DNA of 51,778 nucleotides from Blastochloris sp. (lineage in GTDB: Bacteria > Verrucomicrobiota > Verrucomicrobiia > Methylacidiphilales > JAAUTS01). The notes under the pieces were generated by a model, which did not search any database, had not been told where the DNA came from, and was given only the letters and a program-made list of their open reading frames with translations. Of the stretch, positions 34,240-44,040 are shown in pieces (position 1 is the first letter of the stretch; each line of letters opens with the position of its first letter). Made by a program: the position numbers and the translations under genes. The stretch is from assembly GCA_012031345.1 (NCBI GenBank), contig JAAUTS010000002.1, forward strand, positions 1 to 51,778, in the 5' to 3' direction.

Positions 34240-34538
34240 AGAAAACAGCAGATATCACCGTGCCCCGTCGGTATCACGTCAAGAAAAACGATCAAGTGCG
34301 GGTCATCAGTGGTGCCCATAAAGGTAAGGAAGGCAAAGTCCTCCAGATTTTGACCAAGAAAGCCCGTGTCATCGTGGAAGGCGTCCACATGATCAAGAAA
34401 GCCGTGCGCCCGACCCAGATCAACCCGAAGGGTGGATTTGAGGAGAAGGAAGGATCGATTCACGTCTCCAATTTAAAGGTGCTGGCCTCCGGTGAGAAGC
34501 CGGACAAGGCAAGCAAAGCCGCCAAGAGTAAGGAATAA
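34236..34538 (+). CDS. rplX: 50S ribosomal protein L24
   Basis: KOW motif [11 protein letters not shown]; IHVSNL. Confidence 0.97.
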   Translation: MKKTADITVPRRYHVKKNDQVRVISGAHKGKEGKVLQILTKKARVIVEGVHMIKKAVRPTQINPKGGFEEKEGSIHVSNLKVLASGEKPDKASKAAKSKE

Positions 34539-34541
34539 ACC

Positions 34542-35102
34542 ATGAGCAGTGTCACCAGTTTGAAAGAAGAATACCTCCAGAAGGTGGTTCCCGCGTTGAA
34601 GGCCTCACGCGGTTACAAGAATGTCAACCAAGTGCCCAAGATCGAGAAGATCGTGGTCAATTGCTGCGTGGGCTCCGCTCAGGATGTGAAAAACGCGCTG
34701 GAAGACGCCATCCATGACGTGACCCTGATCACGGGTCAGAAGCCGGTCCGCACCATTTCCAAGACCAGCATCTCCAACTTCAAGTTGCGGGAAGGTCAGG
34801 AAATCGGCTGCAAAGTGACGCTGCGTGGCCGCGTGATGTATGAGTTCATGCTGCGCCTGACCCGCATGGCACTGCCGCGCATCCGCGATTTCCGTGGCAT
34901 TTCCCCCCGCGCCTTTGACGGACGCGGTGCCTACACGCTGGGCATCAAGGATCACACCATTTTTCCGGAAATTGAACTGGATAAAATCAAGCGCAACCTG
35001 GGGATGGACGTGACCATTGTGACCACGGCCACAAACAAGGAAGAAACCAAGGAACTGCTGTCCCTCATGGGCATGCCGTTCTCCGACCGTAAGGTTGCCT
35101 AA
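34542..35102 (+). CDS. rplE: 50S ribosomal protein L5
   Basis: [21 protein letters not shown]. Confidence 0.98.
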   Translation: MSSVTSLKEEYLQKVVPALKASRGYKNVNQVPKIEKIVVNCCVGSAQDVKNALEDAIHDVTLITGQKPVRTISKTSISNFKLREGQEIGCKVTLRGRVMYEFMLRLTRMALPRIRDFRGISPRAFDGRGAYTLGIKDHTIFPEIELDKIKRNLGMDVTIVTTATNKEETKELLSLMGMPFSDRKVA

Positions 35103-35145
35103 CACACGCATTGTAGAGATCGAACGTCAGAGGAAGAAAAAACGT

Positions 35146-35331
35146 ATGGCCAAAAAATCCTGGGTAGCCAAGCAGAAGCTCAAACCGAAATTCTCCAGCC
35201 GGAAATACAACCGCTGCAGCATCACGGGTCGTCGCCGCGCTTACATGAGAAAATTCGGCGTGAGCCGCATCCAATTCCGTGAAATGGCATTGCGGGGGGA
35301 AATCCCCGGCGTGACCAAAGCAAGCTGGTAA
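35146..35331 (+). CDS. rpsN: 30S ribosomal protein S14, short form without the zinc-ribbon cysteines
   Basis: 61 aa; [32 protein letters not shown]. Confidence 0.96.
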   Translation: MAKKSWVAKQKLKPKFSSRKYNRCSITGRRRAYMRKFGVSRIQFREMALRGEIPGVTKASW

Positions 35332-35354
35332 GCCCGTCCATCAGAAAGAACATT

Positions 35355-35747
35355 ATGCAGACTGACCCCTTAGCCGACTTTCTCACCATCATCCGCAACG
35401 CCAACAAGGTTTCCAAGGCGGAGATCATCGCCCCTTATTCTCGTTTGAAAGGGGATGTGGCCGATGTGTTGAAAAAAGAAGGTTTCATTGAAGATTTTGA
35501 ACTGACCAAGGAAGGCAAACTTCCCAAGCTGAAAGTGACCCTCAAGTCCAATCAGCGTCAGAAAGCGATCCGCGGCATCCGCCGTGTGTCCAAGCCCGGT
35601 ATTCGCATCTATGTGGGTGCGCGGGAAATTCCCAAAGTTTTGGGCGGCCTGGGCGTGAGCATCCTGTCAACTCCGAAGGGTGTGATGTCCGGTCGTGAAG
35701 CGAAGAAACAAAACGTGGGGGGCGAAGTGCTCCTTTATATCTGGTAA
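35355..35747 (+). CDS. rpsH: 30S ribosomal protein S8
   Basis: TDPLADFLTIIRNA, RVSKPG, STPKG, GGEVL. Confidence 0.98.
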   Translation: MQTDPLADFLTIIRNANKVSKAEIIAPYSRLKGDVADVLKKEGFIEDFELTKEGKLPKLKVTLKSNQRQKAIRGIRRVSKPGIRIYVGAREIPKVLGGLGVSILSTPKGVMSGREAKKQNVGGEVLLYIW

Positions 35748-35753
35748 ACGAGT

Positions 35754-36296
35754 ATGTCGAGGATTGGCAACAAAACAATTTTGATCCCGGACAAGGTGAA
35801 AGTCCAAGTCCAAGGCCGCCGTGTGAACGTGGAAGGCCCCAAAGGGAAGATGGAATACAACGCACCGGAAGGTGTGGATGTGGAGATCGTGGAGAAGGAG
35901 ATCCGTTTCAAGCGTAAGAGTGAGGAACGTGAAGTCCGCGCTTTGCATGGTCTGGCCCGCTCTCTGGTCAACAACATGGTGCAGGGGACCCTGAGCGGTT
36001 TCCAGAAGCGCATGGAGATCCAAGGCGTCGGTTTCAAGGCCGCCGTGCAGGGTAAAAACCTGAACCTCAGCCTGGGTTACTCCCATCCGCTGTTGTATCC
36101 CATTCCCTCCGACATCAAGATCACGGTCGAGGATCAGACCAAACTTTTAGTGGAAGGTGTGGACAAGCAGAAGGTCGGCCAGGTTTGTGCCGATATCCGC
36201 GCCTACTACCCGCCGGAGCCCTACAAAGGCAAGGGTGTCCGTTTCGCCGGGGAAAATGTCCGCCGCAAGGAAGGCAAAACCGCTCAGAGCAAATAA
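35754..36296 (+). CDS. rplF: 50S ribosomal protein L6
   Basis: MSRIGNK, LGYSHP, PEPYKGKG. Confidence 0.98.
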   Translation: MSRIGNKTILIPDKVKVQVQGRRVNVEGPKGKMEYNAPEGVDVEIVEKEIRFKRKSEEREVRALHGLARSLVNNMVQGTLSGFQKRMEIQGVGFKAAVQGKNLNLSLGYSHPLLYPIPSDIKITVEDQTKLLVEGVDKQKVGQVCADIRAYYPPEPYKGKGVRFAGENVRRKEGKTAQSK

Positions 36297-36340
36297 GCAA
36301 ACCCCGCCCCCCGGCAGCACTTCTCTTTTAGGAATCGACT

Positions 36341-36709
36341 ATGAAATCCGCACAAAAAACCACCAAAGCACGGCGTCAGCGCATGCACTTGCGTGTCCGC
36401 AAGAAAATCACCGGCACCCCGGCCCGGCCCCGCTTGAGCGTGGCCTTTTCCGGCCAGCATATCTATGCCCAGATTATCGACGACGCGGCCAGCAAGACCA
36501 TCGTGGGTGTGAGCACCACGGAAAAAGGTGTCGCCTCCAAAAAACTTTCCCCGAACGTGGCTGGTGCCGCGCAGGTCGGCAAGCTTCTCGCCGAACGCGC
36601 CAAAGCCAAGGAAATCAGTGCTGTGGTCTTCGACCGTGGCGGATACAAATACCACGGTAAAGTCAAAGCCCTGGCCGATGCAGCCCGCGAAGGCGGACTG
36701 AACTTCTAA
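36341..36709 (+). CDS. rplR: 50S ribosomal protein L18
   Basis: [26 protein letters not shown]. Confidence 0.98.
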   Translation: MKSAQKTTKARRQRMHLRVRKKITGTPARPRLSVAFSGQHIYAQIIDDAASKTIVGVSTTEKGVASKKLSPNVAGAAQVGKLLAERAKAKEISAVVFDRGGYKYHGKVKALADAAREGGLNF

Positions 36710-36730
36710 GCCATCATCCCCTCCAATACT

Positions 36731-37495
36731 ATGTCAGAAGAATCCAAAGTTACTCCTTCTATCGAAAACACCGAGCCCGCTGTGGACACGGTTGTGGAAA
36801 CCGCAGCCGGGACGGAAGTCTCCGCTCCGGCTCCCCGTGCCAGCACGGCCAGCACCACCCAGGCGGGGGCCATCGCGGCCAACCGCGGCGGCACCCGTGG
36901 AGGCCGTGGTCGTGGACGCGGACGTGATGGGGAAGGTGGCGGAAACAGTGGCGGCGGCGGCGGTGGTGGCAACTACCTGGAAAGCTCCCGCAACAAAGGG
37001 GAGAAGCGCGACGAAGCGCCGGAATTTATTGAAAAAGTCGTGTTCATCAACCGTTGCGCCAAAGTGGTCAAAGGTGGACGCCGCTTCAGCTTCAGTGCTT
37101 TGGTGGTGGTGGGTGATGGCAAGGGCAAGGTCGGCATCGGATTTGGCAAGGCCAATGAAGTGGCGGAATCCATCCGTAAAGGCAATGAAGATGCCAAGAA
37201 GAACATGGAATTCATCAGCCTGAACAAAACTTCCATTCCTCACGAGGTTCTGGGTGAGTTCGGCGGCAGCAAAGTGTTGCTCAAGCCGGCTTCGGCTGGA
37301 ACAGGTTTGATTGCCGGTGGCGGCGCCCGTGCCATTGTGGAAGCGGTCGGGATCAAGGACATCCTGACCAAATCCCTGGGCTCCAGCAATCCTTCCAACG
37401 TGGTCAAGGCCACCTTGGCAGGTCTGCGTCAGCTTTCGCCCCGTGAAGAAATTTTCCGCGCCCGTGGCAAACAACTCGTCTCCAAGGAATCCTAA
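36731..37495 (+). CDS. rpsE: 30S ribosomal protein S5 with long N-terminal extension
   Basis: [39 protein letters not shown]. Confidence 0.97.
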   Translation: MSEESKVTPSIENTEPAVDTVVETAAGTEVSAPAPRASTASTTQAGAIAANRGGTRGGRGRGRGRDGEGGGNSGGGGGGGNYLESSRNKGEKRDEAPEFIEKVVFINRCAKVVKGGRRFSFSALVVVGDGKGKVGIGFGKANEVAESIRKGNEDAKKNMEFISLNKTSIPHEVLGEFGGSKVLLKPASAGTGLIAGGGARAIVEAVGIKDILTKSLGSSNPSNVVKATLAGLRQLSPREEIFRARGKQLVSKES

Positions 37496-37497
37496 TT

Positions 37498-37968
37498 ATG
37501 CAACTGCACAATCTCAAACCCTCTGTCGGTGCCAAGCATCGCACCAAGCGTCTCGGCTGTGGCGAAAGCTCCGGTCATGGAAAAACCTCCGGTAAAGGTC
37601 ACAAAGGTCAAAAGGCCCGTTCCGGTGGCTCGGTGCGTCTCGGATTTGAAGGCGGTCAGTGGCCCCTTTACCGTCGTCTGCCCAAGCGCGGGTTCAACAA
37701 CGCGGAGTTCACCACCACCTACGCTCCGGTCAATCTTTCCGCCCTCAACGTCTTCAATGACGGGGACACGGTCGATGAAGCCAGCTTGAAGGCCAAGGGG
37801 ATCGTCAATGGCAAATTCGACGGGATTAAAATCCTGGCTACAGGTGAGCTGAAGAAAAAGCTGAGCATTGCGGTCACGGCGGCGAGTGAAGCGGCTCAAG
37901 CCAAAATTCAAAAATCAGGTTCCACCCTCACCCTCAAACCTTTGGTGACGGTTCAAACCAGGAAGTAA
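37498..37968 (+). CDS. rplO: 50S ribosomal protein L15
   Basis: GKTSGKGHKGQKARSG, FEGGQ.PL.RRLPKRGF. Confidence 0.98.
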   Translation: MQLHNLKPSVGAKHRTKRLGCGESSGHGKTSGKGHKGQKARSGGSVRLGFEGGQWPLYRRLPKRGFNNAEFTTTYAPVNLSALNVFNDGDTVDEASLKAKGIVNGKFDGIKILATGELKKKLSIAVTAASEAAQAKIQKSGSTLTLKPLVTVQTRK

Positions 37969-38101
37969 GACGGCGGCATGATCGAACGGAAGATTTTCGT
38001 GGTCGGGGTCTTGACCCCGGAACTTCGGAAGCCTGGGCAGGAAGTCCGGGCTCTGTCCGGTCGCAGCCCCAGGTTGTAGTCTAACATTTGGTATATCATC
38101 C

Positions 38102-39598
38102 ATGTTCTCCGCTTTCATCAACTGTTTCAAAATTCCCGAGCTACGCTCCCGTATCCTCTTTACGCTGGCTCTGCTGGTGATCGTGCGTTTGGGCGCGGCC
38201 ATTCCTGTGCCTGGGATCAACCCTGAAGTTTTGGGTGAATATTTCCGCTCGGTGGTCGAGCAACAGTCGGGTGGATCGGTTCTGGGCATGTTCAACCTGT
38301 TCAGCGGTGGTGCTTTGCGGAATTGCGCCATCTTTTCACTGACCATCATGCCTTACATCAGTGCCAGCATCATCATGCAGTTGGCCACGGGGGTCATCCC
38401 GTCCTTGGGCAAGTTGGCCCGGGAGGAGGGGGGACGTCAAAAGATCACCCAATACACCCGCTTCGGCACGCTGATCCTGTGTTTGGTGCAGGGATATTTC
38501 CTGGCATCGGCCTTTCAAAATCCCGAACAAATTTTGCCGGGAATCACGGCGATCGCGAATACGATGGGATCGCCCTTGGTGGCGGTGACGGGTTGGTTTT
38601 TCATTCTGACCACGGTCATCACGCTGACGGCGGGAACCATGTTATTGATGTGGTTGGGAGAACAGATCACGGACAAGGGAATTGGGAACGGGATTTCCCT
38701 CATCATTTCCGTAGGGATTGTTTCCGAGCTGCCTTCCGCGTTGGTGGCGGGTTGGGATGTGTTTAATCCTCCGGCGGAAAGTGGTAAGGATGGTCTGAGT
38801 CCTCTGATTTTGGTGGTGATGTTGGCCTTTCTGCTGCTGGTGGTGGCGGCCACGGTGATGATCACCCAAGCCATGCGCAAGGTGAGTGTGCAATACGCCC
38901 GTCAGGTGCGTGGCAACAAAGTGTATGGGGGACAGAGTTCCTTCCTGCCGCTCAAAGTGAACTACTCCGGGGTGATGCCGATCATTTTTGCCAGTGCGAT
39001 TCTGCTTTTCCCGGCGGCCTTCATCAAGATGCTGGCTCCAGGTTGGCAGCAGGGTGCCAAGATTGCGGACATGTTAAGCGGCGGTTGGCTGCACTGGACG
39101 CTGTATGCGGTCATGATTTTCTTTTTCTCCTATTTCTGGGTCGCCATGGTGTTCAACCCGACGCAGATCGCGGACGACATGAAAAAGAACGGTGGGTTCA
39201 TTCCCGGAGTGCGTCCCGGTGCGCCCACGGCGACGTTTTTGGATTATTCCATGTCCCGCCTGACTTTTGCCGGAGCCATCTTTTTGACCGTGCTGGCCAT
39301 CCTGCCCATGATTATCAGTGAGGGCTTGAAAGTGCCCTTCATCACCGCCTCTTTTTTTGGCGGCACCAGTTTGTTGATTATCGTCGGGGTTATGTTGGAC
39401 ACCATGCGTCAGACAGAAACGCATTTGTTGCAACGTCACTACGACGGCTTTTTGAAAAAAGGCAAGGTGCGGGGACGCAACAATTTCAACACCAGCTCCG
39501 GTGGAGCACCCGTCTCGGAAGACAAGCTATTCTGGCTGCTTCTTTTGGTCGGGGTCATCCTATTGGGCGGCATTGTGGTCAGCCTGATCAAGCAGTGA
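38102..39598 (+). CDS. secY: Preprotein translocase subunit SecY
   Basis: IMPYISASII, GIGNGISLII, GVMPIIFA, FIPGVRPG, GGTSLLIIVGV. Confidence 0.98.
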   Translation: MFSAFINCFKIPELRSRILFTLALLVIVRLGAAIPVPGINPEVLGEYFRSVVEQQSGGSVLGMFNLFSGGALRNCAIFSLTIMPYISASIIMQLATGVIPSLGKLAREEGGRQKITQYTRFGTLILCLVQGYFLASAFQNPEQILPGITAIANTMGSPLVAVTGWFFILTTVITLTAGTMLLMWLGEQITDKGIGNGISLIISVGIVSELPSALVAGWDVFNPPAESGKDGLSPLILVVMLAFLLLVVAATVMITQAMRKVSVQYARQVRGNKVYGGQSSFLPLKVNYSGVMPIIFASAILLFPAAFIKMLAPGWQQGAKIADMLSGGWLHWTLYAVMIFFFSYFWVAMVFNPTQIADDMKKNGGFIPGVRPGAPTATFLDYSMSRLTFAGAIFLTVLAILPMIISEGLKVPFITASFFGGTSLLIIVGVMLDTMRQTETHLLQRHYDGFLKKGKVRGRNNFNTSSGGAPVSEDKLFWLLLLVGVILLGGIVVSLIKQ

Positions 39599-39605
39599 TC
39601 CGGCC

Positions 39606-40370
39606 ATGATTCCGATTAAAAAAGGGGTTGAGATTGAGGGGATGAGAAAAAGCTGCCGGGCGGTCAGCGAAATCCTGGATCATTTGATTTCAATGGTGGA
39701 GCCCGGAGTGACCACGGGAGATCTTGATCGAGAGGCGGCGCGCTTGATGAAAGAGCGCGGGGGCAAGAGTGCTTTTTTGGGGTATCGCGGTTTTCCCGGC
39801 CACATCTGCGCTTCGGTCAATGAAGAGGTGGTTCATGGGATTGGCGGTGCCCGCAAACTTTCCTACGGGGACATCATCAAATTGGACGTGGGGATTATTT
39901 TGGAAGGTTGGGTGGGGGACACGGCCACGACGGTGACGGTGGGAGCGGTTTCCCAGGAGACGAGTCAGCTTTTACAATGCACGGAAGCGGCACTTTACCT
40001 GGGTATTGAAAAGGTGCGTTCCGGTGCCCGCTTGGGGGATGTTTGTTCCGCGATTGAAAAACACGTGCACAAGGCGGGTTACTCGGTGGTGCGTGAGTTT
40101 GTGGGGCATGGGGTGGGCCGCAGTCTGCATGAAGAGCCGCAGATTCCGAATTTTGGCAAGGCGGGCACGGGTCCGATTTTGAAGCCTGGGATGACGCTAG
40201 CCATTGAACCGATGGTGAATATGGGCGGTTGTGATGTGAAGATTTTGAAGGATGGATGGACGGTGGTGACCCGGGATGGGCAGCCTTCCGCCCATTTCGA
40301 ACACACCGTATTGGTGACACAAGGAGAACCGGAAATACTGACATGCAGGAAAGCAGCCGTCTGCAAGTAA
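39606..40370 (+). CDS. map: Methionine aminopeptidase type I
   Basis: SVNEEVVHGI, GHGVG..LHEEP, AIEPMV, SAHFEHT. Confidence 0.97.
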   Translation: MIPIKKGVEIEGMRKSCRAVSEILDHLISMVEPGVTTGDLDREAARLMKERGGKSAFLGYRGFPGHICASVNEEVVHGIGGARKLSYGDIIKLDVGIILEGWVGDTATTVTVGAVSQETSQLLQCTEAALYLGIEKVRSGARLGDVCSAIEKHVHKAGYSVVREFVGHGVGRSLHEEPQIPNFGKAGTGPILKPGMTLAIEPMVNMGGCDVKILKDGWTVVTRDGQPSAHFEHTVLVTQGEPEILTCRKAAVCK

Positions 40371-40573
40371 AGGCCACGGTCATCGCTGCCATCTCGACCA
40401 CGCGTTATCGGGTGGAATTGGAGGATGGAAAACAGATGATTGTGACTTTGGCAGGAAAATTGCGGATGGACTTCATTAGACTCTTGCCAGCAACAAAAGT
40501 TTTAGTAGAATTCTCGCCCTATGACTTGTCCTCTGGCAGGATCATTGAGCACGAAAGCAACAAAAAAATATGA
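40343..40573 (+). CDS. infA: Translation initiation factor IF-1, divergent
   Basis: [31 protein letters not shown]; canonical map-infA-rpmJ position. Confidence 0.82.
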   Translation: MQESSRLQVKATVIAAISTTRYRVELEDGKQMIVTLAGKLRMDFIRLLPATKVLVEFSPYDLSSGRIIEHESNKKI

Positions 40574-40686
40574 AAGTCAAAGCATCGGTCAAGAGGAGAA
40601 CATCAGACTGCCAAGTGGTTCGCCGCAAGGGCAAGGTTTATATCATCAACAAAAAAAACCCGCGTTTGAAGCAACGTCAGGGTTGA
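40570..40686 (+). CDS. rpmJ: 50S ribosomal protein L36, zinc-free type (not in the ORF track)
   Basis: Manual translation [38 protein letters not shown]. Confidence 0.96.
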   Translation: MKVKASVKRRTSDCQVVRRKGKVYIINKKNPRLKQRQG

Positions 40687-40708
40687 TCGCAGTACAAAGA
40701 GAACGCAT

Positions 40709-41103
40709 ATGCACGAGTTTTAGGAGTAGATATCCCCGGAGAGAAGCGCATCGAAGCTTCGCTGCAATACATTTACGGAATCGGGTTGACCCGGGCCAAA
40801 CTGGTTTTGGACGAGGCTGAAGTGGACCCGAACACGCGGGCCAAGGAGTTGAGCGGCCAGCAGATCAACCGTCTCATCCAGGTCATTCAGGCTCATGGCT
40901 TCATGATTGAAGGGGATTTGCGCCGGGAACTGCAGCAGAATCTCAAACGTCTTCAGGGGATCAATTCCTATCGCGGCATCCGCCATAAAAAAGGTCTCCC
41001 CGTGCGTGGCCAACGCACCTCCACCAACGCCCGCACCCGCAAGGGTCCGCGCAAGACGGTCGGTGTGCAGCGCAACAAGGACGCCAAGGCCGGCAAAGTA
41101 TAA
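40709..41103 (+). CDS. rpsM: 30S ribosomal protein S13 (indel right after the start codon)
   Basis: (M)[39 protein letters not shown]. Confidence 0.97.
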
Positions 41104-41135
41104 TCAGCTAATCATTCAGATCAGGACCTATCATT

Positions 41136-41657
41136 ATGGCAGACGACACCAAGAAAAAATCCACCAAAGCCGCAGGCAAATCCGGCGGTGGATCGAAATC
41201 AGCCGCCAAGGAAGCGGCACCCGCCGCAGTTCCCGTGGAGAACCTCAGCCTCAGCCTGGATCCTGCCATGGATCCCAAGCCCAAGATTGTCAAGGCCAAG
41301 GGCAGCAAAAACATCAGCCAAGGCATCGCCCACATTCTCGCCTCCTTCAACAACACCATAGTTTCCATCACCGACAGCAACGGCAACCTCTTGGGTTGGT
41401 CCAGTGCGGGCAAATGCGGGTTCCGTGGTTCGAAAAAATCCACCGCCTATGTCGCCCAGGTCATCACCCAGGACGCTTGCCGTCAAGCCATGTCCCATGG
41501 TTTGAAGGAAGTGGAAGTCCGCGTCAAAGGTCCCGGCATGGGTCGTGAATCCGCCGTGCGTGCCCTCCAGGCCATGGGCTTGGAAATTAGCACCATCCGG
41601 GATGTCACCCCCATCCCTCACAACGGTTGCCGCCTCCGCAAGGCGCGCCGCGTTTGA
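41136..41657 (+). CDS. rpsK: 30S ribosomal protein S11 with N-terminal extension
   Basis: [33 protein letters not shown]. Confidence 0.98.
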   Translation: MADDTKKKSTKAAGKSGGGSKSAAKEAAPAAVPVENLSLSLDPAMDPKPKIVKAKGSKNISQGIAHILASFNNTIVSITDSNGNLLGWSSAGKCGFRGSKKSTAYVAQVITQDACRQAMSHGLKEVEVRVKGPGMGRESAVRALQAMGLEISTIRDVTPIPHNGCRLRKARRV

Positions 41658-41690
41658 TCGATTGACAGTTATTTATCAGGAATATTATTT

Positions 41691-42296
41691 ATGGCACGTT
41701 ATACAGGTCCCCGCAGCAAAATCAGCCGTCGTTTCGGCATGGACATTTTTGGTGGCTCCAAAGCTCTGGAGCGCCGCAACTATCCCCCCGGAGTTCACGG
41801 ACAGAAGCGCCGCAAAACTTCCGAATATGGCGTGGCCATGGCTGAGAAGCAAAAGCTCAAGCTGACCTATGGTGTGCTGGAAGCGCAGTTCCGTCGTTAC
41901 TTCGAGATGGCCGCTCAGAAACGTGGTGTGACGGGTGACATCCTGCTCCAGCTTTTGGAAACCCGTTTGGACAACGTGATCTACCGTCTCGGTTTTGCCA
42001 AAACCCGCCGTCTGGCCCGTCAGTTCGTCACCCACGGCCATGCCCGGGTCAACGGAGTCAAGGCCGCCATCCCCAGCTTCATCTGCAAGCCCGGTGATGT
42101 CATTGAAATCCGTAACAACCCCAAATCCAAACAGATCGTCACGGCCAGCATCGAGGCCTCCCAGCTCCGCACCGTGCCGGATTGGATGACGGTGGATAAG
42201 GACAACATGAAGGGCAGCATCGTCCGCGAGCCCACCCGTGAGGAAATCGGCGTCAACATCAACGAACGTTTGGTGGTCGAACTTTACTCGCGTTAA
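41691..42296 (+). CDS. rpsD: 30S ribosomal protein S4
   Basis: MARYTGP, EKQKL, LETRLDN, ARQFVTHGH, VVELYSR. Confidence 0.98.
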   Translation: MARYTGPRSKISRRFGMDIFGGSKALERRNYPPGVHGQKRRKTSEYGVAMAEKQKLKLTYGVLEAQFRRYFEMAAQKRGVTGDILLQLLETRLDNVIYRLGFAKTRRLARQFVTHGHARVNGVKAAIPSFICKPGDVIEIRNNPKSKQIVTASIEASQLRTVPDWMTVDKDNMKGSIVREPTREEIGVNINERLVVELYSR

Positions 42297-42400
42297 GCTG
42301 GTCTTGGTCCGATAAATATTTTAACGAACAAAACACTCCGTTGGTCCTGGCTCGCCTGCTGCGGGCTCAGGGTAACCCGGAATAAGGAAAAACACACACC

Positions 42401-43416
42401 ATGGCCCTCAAATTAGCACGGTTCGAATTGCCGAACCGCCTCGTGAAGGACGAAGACTCCGCCACACCCACCTACGCCAAGTTCATTGCCGAACCTTTTG
42501 AACAGGGTTATGGACACACACTCGGCAACTCCCTGCGCCGCGTGTTGCTCAGCTCTCTGGAAGGAGCGGCCATCACCTCGGTCAAAATCGAGGGAGCCTT
42601 GCATGAATTCGCCACGCTTCCCGGCGTGGTTCAGGACGTGACCGACATCGTTTTGAATCTCAAGAAGATCAAATTCAAAATGGCCAATCGCGATCCCCGC
42701 ATCCTGTTCCTGAACGTGAACAAGGAAGGCGACGTCACGGCGGGCGACATCACCCTGGAAACGGGAGTGGAAGTGGTCAACCCCGAGCAGATCATTTGCA
42801 CCCTCGACAAAAAAATGAAGTTCGAGGCGGAATTGGAAATCAAAGTCGGACGTGGTTACACCAGTGCCGATGAAAACAAGCCCGAGGCCCAGACCATCGG
42901 TGTGATCCCGATTGATTCCCTGTTTTCCCCGGTGAAAAGGTGAAATACAACGTGGAAGCCACCCGTGTGGGTCAGCGCACGGATTACGACAAGCTGGTTT
43001 TGGAAGTGTGGACGGATGGCCGTCTGAACCCTGACGAATCCTTGCTGCAGGCTTCGGCCATCTTGCGCCATCACCTCGATATCTTTGTCAACTTTGACAA
43101 GGAACCGATTGAGTTTGAAGAGCCCAAGCAGGCCACGGGCACCCAGGACAGTGCCCTCAAGAAACTGCTTAACATGAGCGTCAACGAGATCGAGTTGTCG
43201 GTTCGCGCCGCCAACTGTCTGAACAACGCCAACATCACCACGGTGGGTCAACTGGCCCTCAAGTCCGAGGCGGAAATGCTCAAGTATCGGAACTTCGGCA
43301 AAAAGTCCCTGAACGAAATCAAGGACAAGCTGACCCAGCTTGGTCTTTCCCTGGGAATGCATTTCGAACCCGGCCTGGTCGAGATCCCGGTCGATGTCAA
43401 TGCGGAGAACAAATAA
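42401..43416 (+). CDS. rpoA: RNA polymerase alpha subunit (indel near 42938)
   Basis: EPFEQGYGHTLGNSLRRVLLSS, HEF, TRVGQRTDYDKL, ELSVRAANCL, NFGKKSLNEI. Confidence 0.98.
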
Positions 43417-43890
43417 ATGAGACACCGTACGAAAACCGTCAAACTTGGCCGCAAGTCGCAGCATCGCGACGCCATGCTGGCCAACATGGCAGGAAGTTTG
43501 ATCCTGCATAACCGCATCAAAACCACCCTGCCCAAAGCCAAGGCGCTGCGCCCGATTGTGGAGAAGCTGGTGACTCTGGGTAAGAAGGGTGGCCTGCATC
43601 AGCGTCGCCTGGCCCTGGCCCGTCTCCTGGGTAACGAGGATGTGGTCAAAAAGTTGTTCGGTGAAATTGCCCCCCGCTTTAAAGAGCGTGCGGGCGGATA
43701 CACCCGTATTCTCAAGACCGGACCCCGCCGTGGGGATGCCGCCAGTATGGCTTTGATCGAGTGGGTGGATTTCCTCTCCTCGACCACGGACAGTGCTGCT
43801 CCCGAGGCACCAGCCGCGGAAGCTGCGGCCAAGCCCAAAAAAGCCAAGGCCGCCAAGTCCGAGAAAAAGACGGAAGAAGCCTCAGCCTGA
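43417..43890 (+). CDS. rplQ: 50S ribosomal protein L17
   Basis: [27 protein letters not shown]. Confidence 0.98.
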   Translation: MRHRTKTVKLGRKSQHRDAMLANMAGSLILHNRIKTTLPKAKALRPIVEKLVTLGKKGGLHQRRLALARLLGNEDVVKKLFGEIAPRFKERAGGYTRILKTGPRRGDAASMALIEWVDFLSSTTDSAAPEAPAAEAAAKPKKAKAAKSEKKTEEASA

Positions 43891-43922
43891 TCTGAATCCC
43901 GGATCCGAGCCCCAGGCTAAGC

Positions 43923-43960
43923 AAAGGCAGCGACCCCACAAAGGTCGCTGCCTTTTTGTT
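43923..43960 (+). terminator. Rho-independent terminator ending the ribosomal superoperon
   Basis: Perfect 13-bp stem AAAGGCAGCGACC/GGTCGCTGCCTTT followed by TTGTT. Confidence 0.92.
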
Positions 43961-44040
43961 GGGCAAGAGGTTTGGACAGGAAGGACAAGATGTAGACTGG
44001 GGAAGAAGGTGCTGATTTTGGGTGGGAAGTGTGCGTTTCT

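Noticed and set aside
36890-36975. GGC/GGT tandem repeat
   Set aside because: Encodes the Gly/Arg-rich S5 tail; not an independent repeat element
25335-43416. Programmed frameshifting or pseudogenisation of ribosomal and rpoA genes
   Set aside because: Too many unrelated essential genes are affected, mostly at homopolymers and without consistent slippery-site signals; sequencing error is simpler
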